From positions 32,001 through 96,000 of the forward strand of contig CAVTUQ010000009.1 in the NCBI GenBank assembly GCA_963737905.1: 64,000 nt of DNA, given 5' to 3'. Position numbers and translations under genes: made by a program. Numbering within the stretch: position 1 is the stretch's first letter; each line of letters opens with the position of its first letter. The DNA is from an uncultured delta proteobacterium. GTDB taxonomy: Bacteria > Desulfobacterota > Binatia > UBA9968. Positions 30,459 through 40,608 of this stretch are shown piece by piece. A model generated the notes under the pieces. That model searched no databases. It saw only the letters and a list, made by a program, of their open reading frames with translations, and was not told where the DNA came from.

Positions 30459-31700
30459 GTGGTTAGCAAGAAAAGCATAGTAGAAGAACGACCGCCTTTT
30501 AACACGGGTCAATCCAACCCTCACGCGGGGCCTTTTTGGCTCCAGTTGGAGCCTGTTGCTTTCTTGGCGGTGATCTTTTTCATCAATTTCATCGCGAGAA
30601 TCATCCTCTCGCCACTGCTGCCGACTATCGAAAAGGAACTGGAGATCAGTCACGGCCAGGCGGGATCCTTCTTCTTTTTGATCTCGGCGGGCTATGTGAT
30701 CGGACTCCTAGGGTCGGGATTTCTAGCGTCCCGCTCGAGTCACAAAATCACCATCGTGACTTCTACTGCCGGGGTTGGATTGGCGCTCCTGGGAATTTCC
30801 ATTGTGAGCAGCTTGTGGACAATGCGTCTTGGACTCTTCAGCTTGGGATTTGCCGGCGGCCTTTACATTCCCTCGGCGATTGCAACCATTACGTCGTTGA
30901 TCGAGCGACCGCATTGGGGGAAAGCCATTGCCGTCCATGAACTGGCCCCCAACCTTGCTTTTTTTGCCGGTCCGTTTCTTGCCACCCTATTTCTTAGCTG
31001 GTCGACGTGGCGCTCGGCGTTGAGCTTTCTCGGCGTGGCCTCGCTCATCGCGAGTTTCGCGTATCTTCGCTTTGGCCGAGGAGGAGAGTTTGCCGGGGAA
31101 TCGCCGGCGTCGGATGCGTTTGGTCTGCTCGTTCGCTCGGCTTCTTTCTGGATCATGGCCGCGCTGTTTGGCTTGGGCGTGAGCTCCACAATCGGTGTTT
31201 ATGCCATGCTGCCACTCTACCTTGTGAACGAGCGGCAAGTCGATCCGAGCTGGGCCAACATGGTGGTTGCCGTTTCGAGGTCCTATGGGCCGATTCTGGG
31301 GGTTCTTGGGGGTTGGGTGTCGGACCGCTTGGGTCCAAAGCAGACGATGATTATGAGTTTGAGTTTCACCGGAATCGCAACCCTGCTGTTGGGCTTGGCT
31401 TCAGGCGTTTGGATTAGCATGGTGGTTTTGTTTCAACCGCTGCTCGCCGTTTGGTTTTTCCCCGCGGCGTTTGCCGCCCTTGCCGCTACTACTCCGCGTG
31501 CCGCGCGTAATCTCGCGGTGGCCTTTACGATTCCTTGCGGTTATTTGATCGGTGGCGGGGCTATCCCCACTTTCATCGGCATCATGGGCGACACCGGCTC
31601 CTTTGCCCTCGGCTTTATTGTGACGGGAATTCTCATTTTATCAGGCGGCACTTTGGCATTGTTATTAAGGTTACCGGCAAATGACGAGAAGCCGCTCTGA
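30459..31700 (+). CDS. MFS transporter
   Basis: About 12 hydrophobic segments; GWVSDRLGPK motif. Confidence 0.88.
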   Translation: MVSKKSIVEERPPFNTGQSNPHAGPFWLQLEPVAFLAVIFFINFIARIILSPLLPTIEKELEISHGQAGSFFFLISAGYVIGLLGSGFLASRSSHKITIVTSTAGVGLALLGISIVSSLWTMRLGLFSLGFAGGLYIPSAIATITSLIERPHWGKAIAVHELAPNLAFFAGPFLATLFLSWSTWRSALSFLGVASLIASFAYLRFGRGGEFAGESPASDAFGLLVRSASFWIMAALFGLGVSSTIGVYAMLPLYLVNERQVDPSWANMVVAVSRSYGPILGVLGGWVSDRLGPKQTMIMSLSFTGIATLLLGLASGVWISMVVLFQPLLAVWFFPAAFAALAATTPRAARNLAVAFTIPCGYLIGGGAIPTFIGIMGDTGSFALGFIVTGILILSGGTLALLLRLPANDEKPL

Positions 31701-31745
31701 AGCGTGGTTGTCATCGACACGCGCGCTGGTCTATAAGATTGGTCT

Positions 31746-32501
31746 ATGATGACCGTACAAGAATTCGCGGCGAAAATCAGAGAAAGTGACGAGATCGTCG
31801 TTTTCACCGGTGCGGGAATCAGCACGGAATCAGGAATTCCGGATTTTCGTAGTCCCGGGGGGCTCTGGACACGCTATAGGCCGGTCACTTTCCAGGAATA
31901 CATGAGCAGCGAAGCGGCCCGTATTGAGGCCTGGAAAAGAAGGTTAGAAACTTACGAGACGCACAAAAACGCCAGGCCTAACATCGGCCATCATTTCGTC
32001 CAGTCCCTTGACCAGAAGGGCAAGCTTATCGGTCTCATTACGCAGAATATTGACGGGCTGCACAGCGATGCGGGGCTTGCCGATGAAAAGATTGTCGAGC
32101 TGCACGGCACAAATCGTAGGATTATTTGTCTGAAGTGCGACAAATCCTTCGATCCGGACGAAGTCATTAAACAGCTGGTGGGGGATTTTTCGTCTCCCAG
32201 GTGCGACGCGTGCGGCGGCATTCTTAAAGCGGCGACTATTTCCTTCGGCCAGGCGATGCCTGAGGCTGCGATGCGTCGAGCGCAAGAGTGGACCGAACAG
32301 GCGGCTCTCTTTATGGTCATGGGATCGTCGTTGCAGGTGCAGCCGGCTGCCTCTTTCCCGGTCCTCGCCAAGCGTAACGGTGCGTTGTTGGCGATCATTA
32401 ACCGCGAGCTGACGCCGCTGGATGAGTATGCGGACTTTGTCCATCACGGCGCCATTGGAGAGTTTTGCGGTCGATTTGGCGAGATGATCGCCGATGGTTG
32501 A
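31746..32501 (+). CDS. cobB: NAD-dependent protein deacylase (Sir2/CobB)
   Basis: TGAGISTESGIPDFRSPGG, TQNIDGLH, ELHG, two CxxC, GSSLQVQPAA. Confidence 0.93.
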   Translation: MMTVQEFAAKIRESDEIVVFTGAGISTESGIPDFRSPGGLWTRYRPVTFQEYMSSEAARIEAWKRRLETYETHKNARPNIGHHFVQSLDQKGKLIGLITQNIDGLHSDAGLADEKIVELHGTNRRIICLKCDKSFDPDEVIKQLVGDFSSPRCDACGGILKAATISFGQAMPEAAMRRAQEWTEQAALFMVMGSSLQVQPAASFPVLAKRNGALLAIINRELTPLDEYADFVHHGAIGEFCGRFGEMIADG

Positions 32502-32517
32502 TCCAGTGTGAGAACGA

Positions 32518-32583
32518 ATTAATCGCAAAGAACACATAAACACATAGAAATTCTTTTTGACCTTTGTGCTCTTTATGGTTAAT
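32518..32583. repeat. Imperfect palindrome built of degenerate ~9-mer units
   Basis: aatcgcaaagaacacataa...tttgtgctctttatggtt between cobB and the amidohydrolase gene. Confidence 0.5.
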
Positions 32584-32627
32584 CAGAAACTCTTTTGGCG
32601 TTAAAGCGTATGACTCAGGAGGGCAGT

Positions 32628-33632
32628 ATGGCTGAGAGGAAAATGGTCGATGCTGACGGTCATATCCGAGAGATTGAAAGCGATATTTTTGAATATCTAC
32701 CGGAGCATTACAAGCGACGTCGCGACGCCGTCCTTTACTTTCCGCTGCTGCCGCACCACGGTTGGCACCGCCAGGCGGGCAGTGGGGGAATGGGCGCAGC
32801 GTTCTTAATTCCTACCCTCGAAGACTGGCAAAAGGCGTTGAACCAGGGCAACATCGAGGCGGCGGTGGTGTATCCCACGCGCTTCATGCACATCGGTCAG
32901 GTCGGTATGGTCGATTTCGCCGTCGATCTGAGCCGAGCCTACAACGACTATCTGTACGATCGTTTCCTGTGTCACGAATCGCGGCTCAAGGGAATCGCCG
33001 TGCTGCCATTGCAGGACGTCGCTGCTGCGGTAACGGAGCTGCGCCGGGCAGTGAAAGACTACGGCATGGTGGGCGGTCTTTTGCCCGCTGACGGATTGCC
33101 TCGGCCCTTGGGTCATCAGGACTTCTACCCTCTCTACGAAGAGGCGAGTCGCTTGGGCTGCATGATGGCGGTTCACTCGCAAAACTCGCTGCGCAACAAC
33201 GATCTCTTTCTGTGGCGCCACGAAGCAGCGACCTTGGCCCATGTCTGGCCACAGATGCGCCAGTTCACCAACCTCATGTTTTCCGGCGTGCTAGGAAAAT
33301 TGGCTGATCTGAGAATCGCGTTTTTGGAGGCCGGCTGCGGCTGGGTACCATACTTACTAAGCAAGATGGAGCCGCGCATGGGAGAGCTGTTGCGGCCATC
33401 GAAGCTTATAGAGCGGGGCCAGATTTACTTCCAGTGCGGCGAAGAGATGACCACCAGCCGTGATCTTGAGCTACTCGGGGACGATTGTCTGTTTTGGGCC
33501 TCGGATTTTCCCCACGAGGGAATCGTGGATATGGCCAAAGCAGTGACAGAGTTTCTGGAGCGCGAAGATATCCCTGAAGCGTCGAAACGCAAGATCAGTT
33601 ACGACAATTCCAAAAAGCTTTATGGGCTCTAA
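32628..33632 (+). CDS. Amidohydrolase-2 family protein
   Basis: DADGH, AYNDYL, FLEAGCGW, WASDFPH. Confidence 0.88.
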   Translation: MAERKMVDADGHIREIESDIFEYLPEHYKRRRDAVLYFPLLPHHGWHRQAGSGGMGAAFLIPTLEDWQKALNQGNIEAAVVYPTRFMHIGQVGMVDFAVDLSRAYNDYLYDRFLCHESRLKGIAVLPLQDVAAAVTELRRAVKDYGMVGGLLPADGLPRPLGHQDFYPLYEEASRLGCMMAVHSQNSLRNNDLFLWRHEAATLAHVWPQMRQFTNLMFSGVLGKLADLRIAFLEAGCGWVPYLLSKMEPRMGELLRPSKLIERGQIYFQCGEEMTTSRDLELLGDDCLFWASDFPHEGIVDMAKAVTEFLEREDIPEASKRKISYDNSKKLYGL

Positions 33633-33665
33633 AAACCCCCTTTGTCAGCCGATTGTTTAGAAAAA

Positions 33666-34046
33666 TTAGAAAACTGCGATCACCTCTATTTGAAACAAAA
33701 ACTGGCCCCGCAGGTCTGCTTTGAGTGCGTGGCGCGCGGGCCGATCGTGTTCGTCGGGAAACATCTTCAGCCATGCCTTGTTGACCGAATCACGCAGGTT
33801 TTCTTCCCTGAGATAGACCGTCATGTGGGCGATGTTGTCGGGTGTGCCACCGGCCTGTTCCATGAAAAGCCTCAAATTGCGAAACATTGCTTCTGCCTGC
33901 TCGTCTGGATCCGGGGAAAGCACGCCCGTCTTGGCGTCTTTGCCGGAGATCGCTGAAGAAAAGACCATATTGCCGATCACGGTGCCGTTGGGAATCGGTG
34001 CGCCATGTTCCATTCCTTCGATATGAATGCTTTTTCTTTTCGCCAT
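33666..34046 (-). CDS. RidA/YjgF family protein
   Basis: HGAPIP, SSAISG, FPDEHDRPARH; start ATG 34046. Confidence 0.8.
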   Translation of the reverse strand: MAKRKSIHIEGMEHGAPIPNGTVIGNMVFSSAISGKDAKTGVLSPDPDEQAEAMFRNLRLFMEQAGGTPDNIAHMTVYLREENLRDSVNKAWLKMFPDEHDRPARHALKADLRGQFLFQIEVIAVF

Positions 34047-34169
34047 GCCGAGCCTCCAGGGTCGTTTCAAATCCATATCATGTTGATAAGCGCGGTGTCT
34101 ACGCTTACCAATATACAGGTGATGATGGCAACTCGGCGCCGCATTGAAAGAATGGGCCCAAGGATCTAA

Positions 34170-34451
34170 ATGATGTCTATGAAAGATAAAAAATTTCCAA
34201 GGCGGAGGTTTCAACTCCATTGGGGCGGCGGCTGGATCACGGAAGAGGCCCGCTCAAAGACACAGTACCACGAGCCGTCGATTCAGCTCCTGTCGTTCGA
34301 TTCGGGAGAGCGGTCCATACGGTTTTGTTATTATCATGACGGCTTTTACCAAGGGGGCCCGCTGATCCTTAGCGAATCGCACCTCGCCGGCTTGCGGCGA
34401 GAAATCCGCAAGAACAAGAACATTCATGCCCTGCTAAAAAAACTAGTCTGA
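34170..34451 (+). CDS. Hypothetical protein
   Basis: 93-aa ORF filling the gap between neighbours; no motif recognised. Confidence 0.55.
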   Translation: MMSMKDKKFPRRRFQLHWGGGWITEEARSKTQYHEPSIQLLSFDSGERSIRFCYYHDGFYQGGPLILSESHLAGLRREIRKNKNIHALLKKLV

Positions 34452-34513
34452 CCGGGATGGATAGAATGAATGGTTTCGAGTTGATACGCGCCGACGTTGA
34501 GTCGGGAGGAGAG

Positions 34514-36256
34514 TCAGTTTTGCCCAATCCGTGTTGCCGCGGCTTTGGGGATGAAGCCGGGGGGCCGACCGTGTTTAGACCGAATTTCCAACCAGCCGTC
34601 CCGGCTGTCGACCACATTAACTTGTGTTCCGGGTTCAATATTTGCGATGAGCTGGGCGTCGGCTCTCGGGGCGCTAAAGACCCGCGTTGTCTGTGTGATT
34701 TCGTAGCTTTCCCAAGTCGCTGAGGAAGGCTTGACACTGGCCGTCGTGGCCCTCTCTGAGGCTTTCGCGATTCTTGAATCAACGGGCGACGCTGGGGGAA
34801 TCACGGGTGCGACTCTAATCGGTTTGTCTAAAGAGTGGTCGTCCTTACTCTGTGATTCTGCTGGTTTGGGTTGTGACTCCAGGTTGGCGGCGGTGGAGAC
34901 ACCTGACGAGTTCCGCATAGCCTTGAAGTTCGACGTCCGTTCTTTTGACGTGGGGGAGGCAGGCTGCGTAGCTGAAGATTCTGGTTCCGAATCCTTTCCT
35001 AGATAACCGGCCGCAAGAACTCCACCCACTACCAACACGGCCATTGCTCCCGTAAAAATCCCGAAGCGGCGTTTCTTCGCCTTTAACTCTGGTCGAGAAA
35101 GTTCGCTTGCCACCGGCGTTCCATTGGCCGCGGCGGTGGTCAAGTTTGCTGCATGCTGATGCTGCGGTTCAGCAGAAATCCCATTTGTCTTGTCAAAACT
35201 ATCATTGTGGATGGAGTGTAGCTCCGAGGCGGGTGGTCCGAAGGGAGTTCGTTCGACGATGTCCAAGTGAGCTGTTTCTGTAGACTCTTTCTCCCTCAAC
35301 TCAAGGATGCTGTGAGGATCGTGGGGAATCGTATTGGGTGGCTCCGGCTGGTGGGTATGTTCCGGAGCGACGTCCAGAAGCTCGCTTATCGATACGATCT
35401 CGTCCTGAATCAGACGGTCTTGCTCGCTGACCTTTGCCTGTTTCGATCGCAACTCCTCAAGTCGCTGGCGGAGTATTATCAATCGCTCTACTTGAAGCTG
35501 ATTCCGGTTTGTTAGTTTTTGCTGGTGCTGGGAGTTCTCTTCCCGGAGTCGGAGATTGGTTTCGCTCAATTCATGATGGCGCTGTTGCATGTCCGAAAGC
35601 TGCGTTTGAGTCGCTTCCAATGCTTTTTGTTTTTCCTGCTCGGCGGCGAGCGCATTCTGTAGTTGCACGGCACTGACTTCGAGGCTTCTTTGGAGTTCCT
35701 CGAACGCGTTCTGGCCGGGTTCGGGGTCGGCGATCTGAACTGGAACGCTCTCCAAGTCTCGAACCTTGGCTTGACTGGCCTCAAGTTGTTCCTTCAGAAT
35801 CGCGATTTCTTGATCCTTTCGCGAGTCCCGGCTCGCATCGTCGGAATGCGGATCGCTCGATTCTGACGGTGTTTTTAACGTCGCAAGTTCTGCCTGCAAC
35901 CGCTCACGCTCCCAGCGCAGCTCGGTGACTTCTGATTCCTTGCTATTGAGATGCGCACGAAGAGTTTCCAGCTGTTCCAACCTACTCTCGTTAGCCTCGA
36001 GTTTCTTTGATAGAGACGAAACTTCCAGCAAGAGCTCTTCGTTTCGAGCGACGAGTTCTACCGATGCTCCGTTTTCTTGTGGCAGAGTATCGGTTAGGGC
36101 GTTGGAAATTCCCGGTACCGCAACGTCCGCGAGTTTGTTCTTGACTTCCTCCAATTCCTGGCGCTTTTTCTTGAGTTCTCGTTCCGAGGCAACCAGAAAG
36201 ATTCCCAATAAACCAATTGCCGCGCCGGCGACTATCCAGATAAACATGGTATCCAT
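34514..36256 (-). CDS. Membrane-anchored coiled-coil protein with C-terminal SH3b domain
   Basis: N-terminal TM, long heptad-rich region, second TM, then WLEIRSKHGRPPGFIP. Confidence 0.8.
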   Translation of the reverse strand: MDTMFIWIVAGAAIGLLGIFLVASERELKKKRQELEEVKNKLADVAVPGISNALTDTLPQENGASVELVARNEELLLEVSSLSKKLEANESRLEQLETLRAHLNSKESEVTELRWERERLQAELATLKTPSESSDPHSDDASRDSRKDQEIAILKEQLEASQAKVRDLESVPVQIADPEPGQNAFEELQRSLEVSAVQLQNALAAEQEKQKALEATQTQLSDMQQRHHELSETNLRLREENSQHQQKLTNRNQLQVERLIILRQRLEELRSKQAKVSEQDRLIQDEIVSISELLDVAPEHTHQPEPPNTIPHDPHSILELREKESTETAHLDIVERTPFGPPASELHSIHNDSFDKTNGISAEPQHQHAANLTTAAANGTPVASELSRPELKAKKRRFGIFTGAMAVLVVGGVLAAGYLGKDSEPESSATQPASPTSKERTSNFKAMRNSSGVSTAANLESQPKPAESQSKDDHSLDKPIRVAPVIPPASPVDSRIAKASERATTASVKPSSATWESYEITQTTRVFSAPRADAQLIANIEPGTQVNVVDSRDGWLEIRSKHGRPPGFIPKAAATRIGQN

Positions 36257-36385
36257 CTTTTTTCTCCTAACAGAAGTCCCCTACAATTGGACTTCTCGTC
36301 ATTTCCGAAATGTTTTTTTGGAAACAGGGCTTCTTGCTATATCGGAGTCATTGGAAAGGCTTGATAATACCTTTACTCCAAATTA

Positions 36386-36401
36386 CGCCAAAAATGTGCC
36401 A
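36386..36401 (-). promoter_or_regulatory. Possible sigma54 promoter
   Basis: TGGCACATTTTTGGCG upstream of 36256. Confidence 0.45.
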
Positions 36402-36715
36402 AGCTGACGACGGCTGGCCTGAGCCGCCTAAGGAATTGATTCTGAAAGCTTTTTTATGTTCCCGCCGCCTGTATTTCGAGGCCGGAAATTAGGTTTTTTA
36501 TGAACAAAATCGTGAATACGGAGCAAAATTGTAGGCGTTCTGTAAGTGGCTGCGGGTAGGAGTCGCAAGTCCTTTCAAACTGAGAGATAGCCGAATCCGT
36601 TTAGGGTAACGAGGAGCAAACACGTCATTTCGACCGACTCAGGAATGGCGGACTCTATGAAAAAGTTTCAGACCTCGATGTACCCCTTGTTAAAGTTATA
36701 GCGCCGCGCCTAGGC

Positions 36716-37270
36716 CTACTGGTTTTCAACAGGCTTTGCGATGCTCGCTTCCACGTATCCGGGCTTGTTGCCGCGTCTGGACTCGACTTTTAACCATCCT
36801 TTCTCTTCGGCCGCGACGTTGATCTTTGTGCCCTTTTTTATCTCCGCCACCACCGGGTAGTGAAGCCCTGGTCCGCTGTGCACTTGGGTATCGGCCAGGC
36901 TTTCGTATTTGCCTTCTACGGGCATCGCGGATGATTCGTGTTTCTCATCGCTGCTGCTGGGTTCGACCGACGCGAATTCGATGTAGCCCGGGGCGTTGCC
37001 TTTCTTGGAGACAATGAGGACCCAATCGCCATCCCGTCCAACTACTTGGACCTTGGCATCGCGCCTGATCTCCGCGATAGCTCGAAACTGAGGTCCAGGC
37101 CCGGTACGCACCTTGATGTTCTCTCTGGTCACGTAGGGACGGATTTGGGCGTTGAGGTCGGGAAGATCCTTCGAATCGACTGCTTCCTTTTGCTTTTCCC
37201 TACAACTCAATAAACCCAATAAAATCACAAGGATAAAAGGGTACATCCATAATTTCCAATATTGAGCCAT
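36716..37270 (-). CDS. Lipoprotein with two SH3b domains
   Basis: LLSC lipobox; VRTGPG and VHSGPG repeats; GGAGGAG SD before ATG 37270. Confidence 0.8.
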   Translation of the reverse strand: MAQYWKLWMYPFILVILLGLLSCREKQKEAVDSKDLPDLNAQIRPYVTRENIKVRTGPGPQFRAIAEIRRDAKVQVVGRDGDWVLIVSKKGNAPGYIEFASVEPSSSDEKHESSAMPVEGKYESLADTQVHSGPGLHYPVVAEIKKGTKINVAAEEKGWLKVESRRGNKPGYVEASIAKPVENQ

Positions 37271-37635
37271 GTTCTCCTCCCTATTCCAATGAAAAAGGAG
37301 CTGTATTATAACATGCTCCGCGATTTGGGTGTTCTTGGCGGGGACGGCCGATCGCGTATTAGCCCTGCCCGGATTGTTCACTGGCAAGCAACGATCAAGA
37401 GACGAGCCCTCCGGATCGAAGGCAATAAGTCTATGTCTCGAGGCGGCCTGCAAACCTAGTTCTGGAGCAGATAGCTGGGAAGCAATTCGGCGAAGTGCCA
37501 AGCACCCCAATCGTCATTGAAGCTGTTCGTCCCTATGCCTTCGGTCCTCCATGCTCATCTCTTGATCGACACGTGTCGTGGTTTTCATCGGAGCATGAAT
37601 AATCCGGAGCTAGTAAATGGTTGGAGACCAGGAAA

Positions 37636-38055
37636 TCAGTGTATCTGTTTCCAAACCTTGGCCAGGCTGTCGCCGTAGACGCTCAGATCCCACTCGCAGA
37701 AGTATCCGAAGGGTGTCGTCCGGACTGTATAAGCGTTTTCGCGGAGCCGCTGCGCGACCGACTCGATAAGCGCCTGGGCGAAATCAGGGGAGGCGGTCTC
37801 ACCGCCGAGATGGGCGAAGGAGTGGATGACGATGTTTTTAAATTTTCTTTTGTTGGCAAGCCACTTGATGTGCTTTAGTGATTGCCGCAGAAGGGAAGGC
37901 TTTTCCCCTGTTTCTTCGTCGGACTTTTCGGCGTGGATGAAGATAACCACCGCATCCGCGACTTGCTCTTCCACATCCTGATCCGCCATCTCGGGCAGGG
38001 TCTTGGAGTGGGTCTTCCAACGAAAGCGTTTCGCATGGAAACAAAGAAGCTTCAT
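37636..38055 (-). CDS. Free-standing archaeal-type threonyl-tRNA synthetase editing domain
   Basis: MKLLCFHA, IHSFAHLG and TPFGYF match tRNA-Thr_ED motifs as recalled. Confidence 0.75.
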   Translation of the reverse strand: MKLLCFHAKRFRWKTHSKTLPEMADQDVEEQVADAVVIFIHAEKSDEETGEKPSLLRQSLKHIKWLANKRKFKNIVIHSFAHLGGETASPDFAQALIESVAQRLRENAYTVRTTPFGYFCEWDLSVYGDSLAKVWKQIH

Positions 38056-38062
38056 GCCGAGA

Positions 38063-38641
38063 TCAGTAATAGTCCAGGAAGTTCTTCAGTAGCTTTTTCC
38101 CCTCGTAGGTGAGAATCGATTCGGGATGGAATTGCACACCTTCAACCGGGTAGCGTTTGTGTCGCACTCCCATAATGACGTTGTCGGCAGCATGGGCGCT
38201 GATGCTCAGTTCGGCCGGAAGACGCTCGGGATTGATGACCAGGGAGTGATAGCGCATGGCAGCGAAGGGATTTTTGATTGAGCGAAAGATTGTCTGCGAA
38301 TCGTGACTCACGTCCGAAACTTTGCCGTGCATGATCGACGGGGCGCGAATGATCTCTCCGCCAAAAGCAGCGCCAATACATTGGTGGCCGAGACAGACGC
38401 CTAGAATCGGTGTTTTTTCAGCAAAGCGTGAAATCACGTCACAAGAGATTCCTGCCTCTTTAGGCGTGCAGGGACCTGGCGAGATGACAATTTTCTCCGG
38501 TCTCATGCGTTCGATATCACCAAGAGTGACCTTGTTGTTGCGAAAGACTTCGACTTTTGTCCCCAGCTCGCCGAGGTAGTGATAGAGGTTGTAAGTGAAA
38601 GAGTCGTAGTTGTCGATCAGCAGGATCACTTCTTTCTCCAC
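38063..38641 (-). CDS. trpG: Anthranilate synthase component II (glutamine amidotransferase)
   Basis: IDNYDSFTYNL, SPGPCTP, LGVCLGHQ, QFHPES. Confidence 0.93.
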   Translation of the reverse strand: MEKEVILLIDNYDSFTYNLYHYLGELGTKVEVFRNNKVTLGDIERMRPEKIVISPGPCTPKEAGISCDVISRFAEKTPILGVCLGHQCIGAAFGGEIIRAPSIMHGKVSDVSHDSQTIFRSIKNPFAAMRYHSLVINPERLPAELSISAHAADNVIMGVRHKRYPVEGVQFHPESILTYEGKKLLKNFLDYY

Positions 38642-40113
38642 TGCTCAGCCAGGTCCACGGCCTTCAGCATCGCGCGGGCCTTGTTCAATGTCTCTTGATA
38701 CTCCAGGTCGGGATCGGAATCCGCGACAATTCCCGCGCCGGCGTTAATGAAGACTTTCCTTCCTTTCATGACGATCGTTCGGATGACGATGCAAGTGTCG
38801 AGATTGCCGTTGTAACCGAAGTAGCCGATGGCGCCAGCGTACAGCCCGCGCTTCTCCGGTTCCAATTCGCTGATAATTTGCATGGCACGGATCTTCGGCG
38901 CACCGGATACGGTGCCGGCCGGAAACGCGGACACAAACAGATCAAACGGAGTCTTACCAGCGGCCAGCTTTCCGCGGACGTTGGAAACGATGTGGATGAC
39001 ATGCGAATAGCGCTCGATGGCCATTAGCTCGTTGACTTCCACCGAGCCTATTTCGGCGACACGGCCGACGTCGTTTCGGCCCAAGTCTACGAGCATGATG
39101 TGCTCCGCACACTCTTTAGGATCCGCCAAGAGATCGGCCTCAAGCTCCCGCTCTTCCGCCGGGGTGGCGCCTCTCCGACGGGTGCCGGCGATGGGACGAA
39201 GCTCAATGGTGTCGCCGGTCAGGCGGACCATGGTTTCTGGTGAAGAGCCGATAACGCGAAGGTCTTCGAGTTCCAGGTAGAACATATACGGCGACGGATT
39301 GATAAACCGCAGAGCCCGATAGATCTCGAACGGGTCACTCGCCGTCTCGGTCTCGAGTCTTTGACAGAGGACGACCTGAATAATGTCTCCCGCCTTAATA
39401 TAGTCCTTGGCCCGAATGACGGCATGCCGAAACTTTTCTCGCGTCAGATTGGAGCGAAATCTTCTATCTCCTTGCTCTTGACTCAAGTCTCGTGGCTCGA
39501 TCCCTCTGGGCGTTTTTTGTAACGAGGAGATCACCTTGCGGATGCGTTGGCTTGCCTGATCATAAGCCCGTCGAAGGTTTTTTCGTTGGTTCACTCGGAC
39601 GTTGTCGATCACTTTGATCGTATGTTTTAGATTATCGAAAGCCACGACGCTTTGAACGAAAATAAAAAAGATCTCTGGCATGGCCAAAGAATCTTTTTGA
39701 CCGTCGAAAATTTCATGGAATTGTTCCACAGCATTATAGGCCACATAGCCGAGAGCGCCGCCGAAGAATGGAGGGACACCGGGTACAGTGACTGGCCGGC
39801 AGCCTCTCAGGAGATTCTCCAGAGATTTGAGCGGCGATTCTGAAGTGAAGCTTGTCTTTTTGCCATTTTCGATGATTTCGACGTGAGTCCCCCGGGCTTT
39901 AAAGACTCGCTGGGGGCGTGTTCCTAGAAAGGAGTAACGAGCCCAGCGTTCGCTTCCTTCCACGCTTTCAAGCAAAAAAGAGTAATCGTCACGTTCAAGC
40001 CGTTTGAAGAAGGAAAGCGGAGTCTCCAGGTCCATAAGCAATTCCTGATACACGGGGATCAGGTTACCCTTGTGGGCAAATCGGCAAAATTCTTTAAAGC
40101 TCGGTCGAATCAT
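38626..40113 (-). CDS. trpE: Anthranilate synthase component I
   Basis: LLESVEG, NPSPYM, EHIMLVDLGRND, FPAGTVSGAPK. Confidence 0.95.
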   Translation of the reverse strand: MIRPSFKEFCRFAHKGNLIPVYQELLMDLETPLSFFKRLERDDYSFLLESVEGSERWARYSFLGTRPQRVFKARGTHVEIIENGKKTSFTSESPLKSLENLLRGCRPVTVPGVPPFFGGALGYVAYNAVEQFHEIFDGQKDSLAMPEIFFIFVQSVVAFDNLKHTIKVIDNVRVNQRKNLRRAYDQASQRIRKVISSLQKTPRGIEPRDLSQEQGDRRFRSNLTREKFRHAVIRAKDYIKAGDIIQVVLCQRLETETASDPFEIYRALRFINPSPYMFYLELEDLRVIGSSPETMVRLTGDTIELRPIAGTRRRGATPAEERELEADLLADPKECAEHIMLVDLGRNDVGRVAEIGSVEVNELMAIERYSHVIHIVSNVRGKLAAGKTPFDLFVSAFPAGTVSGAPKIRAMQIISELEPEKRGLYAGAIGYFGYNGNLDTCIVIRTIVMKGRKVFINAGAGIVADSDPDLEYQETLNKARAMLKAVDLAEQWRKK

Positions 40114-40132
40114 CCTTCTATAAGCAAACTAC

Positions 40133-40169
40133 AAAGAAAAAGGGCCATAAGTTTTCACCTATGGCCCTT
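40133..40169 (-). terminator. trp attenuator terminator hairpin
   Basis: AAGGGCCATA-loop-TATGGCCCTT followed by a U-tract, 20 nt upstream of trpE. Confidence 0.8.
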
Positions 40170-40202
40170 CCTCATTCACGCCAACGAATAAATTGACTGG
40201 AA

Positions 40203-40283
40203 TTAGCCACGGCGCCGACGCTGCAGCAGGTTCCAGCGCCACCAACCTAAAGCTAACCTTCCGTTCTCCAGCCGATTATCCAC
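40203..40283 (-). CDS. trpL: Putative trp leader peptide
   Basis: GTG-started MDNRLENGRLALGWWRWNLLQRRRRG with WWRW just upstream of the terminator. Confidence 0.7.
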   Translation of the reverse strand: MDNRLENGRLALGWWRWNLLQRRRRG

Positions 40284-40608
40284 GGTGGTATTTTGCCTTA
40301 TCTGTTCAGGTGGGTCAAGGCTCCTTTCAAAACAGAAGTCTGAAAGTCGCAAGGGTGGTTGTGTTTGGTCTAAGTAATTGATGAATATTGAGAGCCATTC
40401 GGACATTGAGGAAAGTCCATTACCATCACAGGCGCCGGATTTGTTTACCTCGGAACAGCAAAGTAAGAATCGATTTTGAGGGGGCCACAGGCATGGCAAC
40501 CACTATTTGACAACTGTCGCGAGCTAAGTTAAAACGCCTTTTTGCAATGACCCTGATTCTTTAATGGACAGGCAGATTCCAACGTAAGTCGTTCATCCAG
40601 GAGGAGAG

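Noticed and set aside
31746-32501. Sir2 protein as an anti-phage (Thoeris/DSR-type) effector
   Set aside because: It has typical CobB length, Zn-binding CxxC pairs and deacylase motifs, in a metabolic context with no defence neighbours.
40203-40499. 98-aa ORF upstream of trpE as a protein gene
   Set aside because: Only its last 26 codons fit a leader peptide; the rest spans the divergent promoter region.
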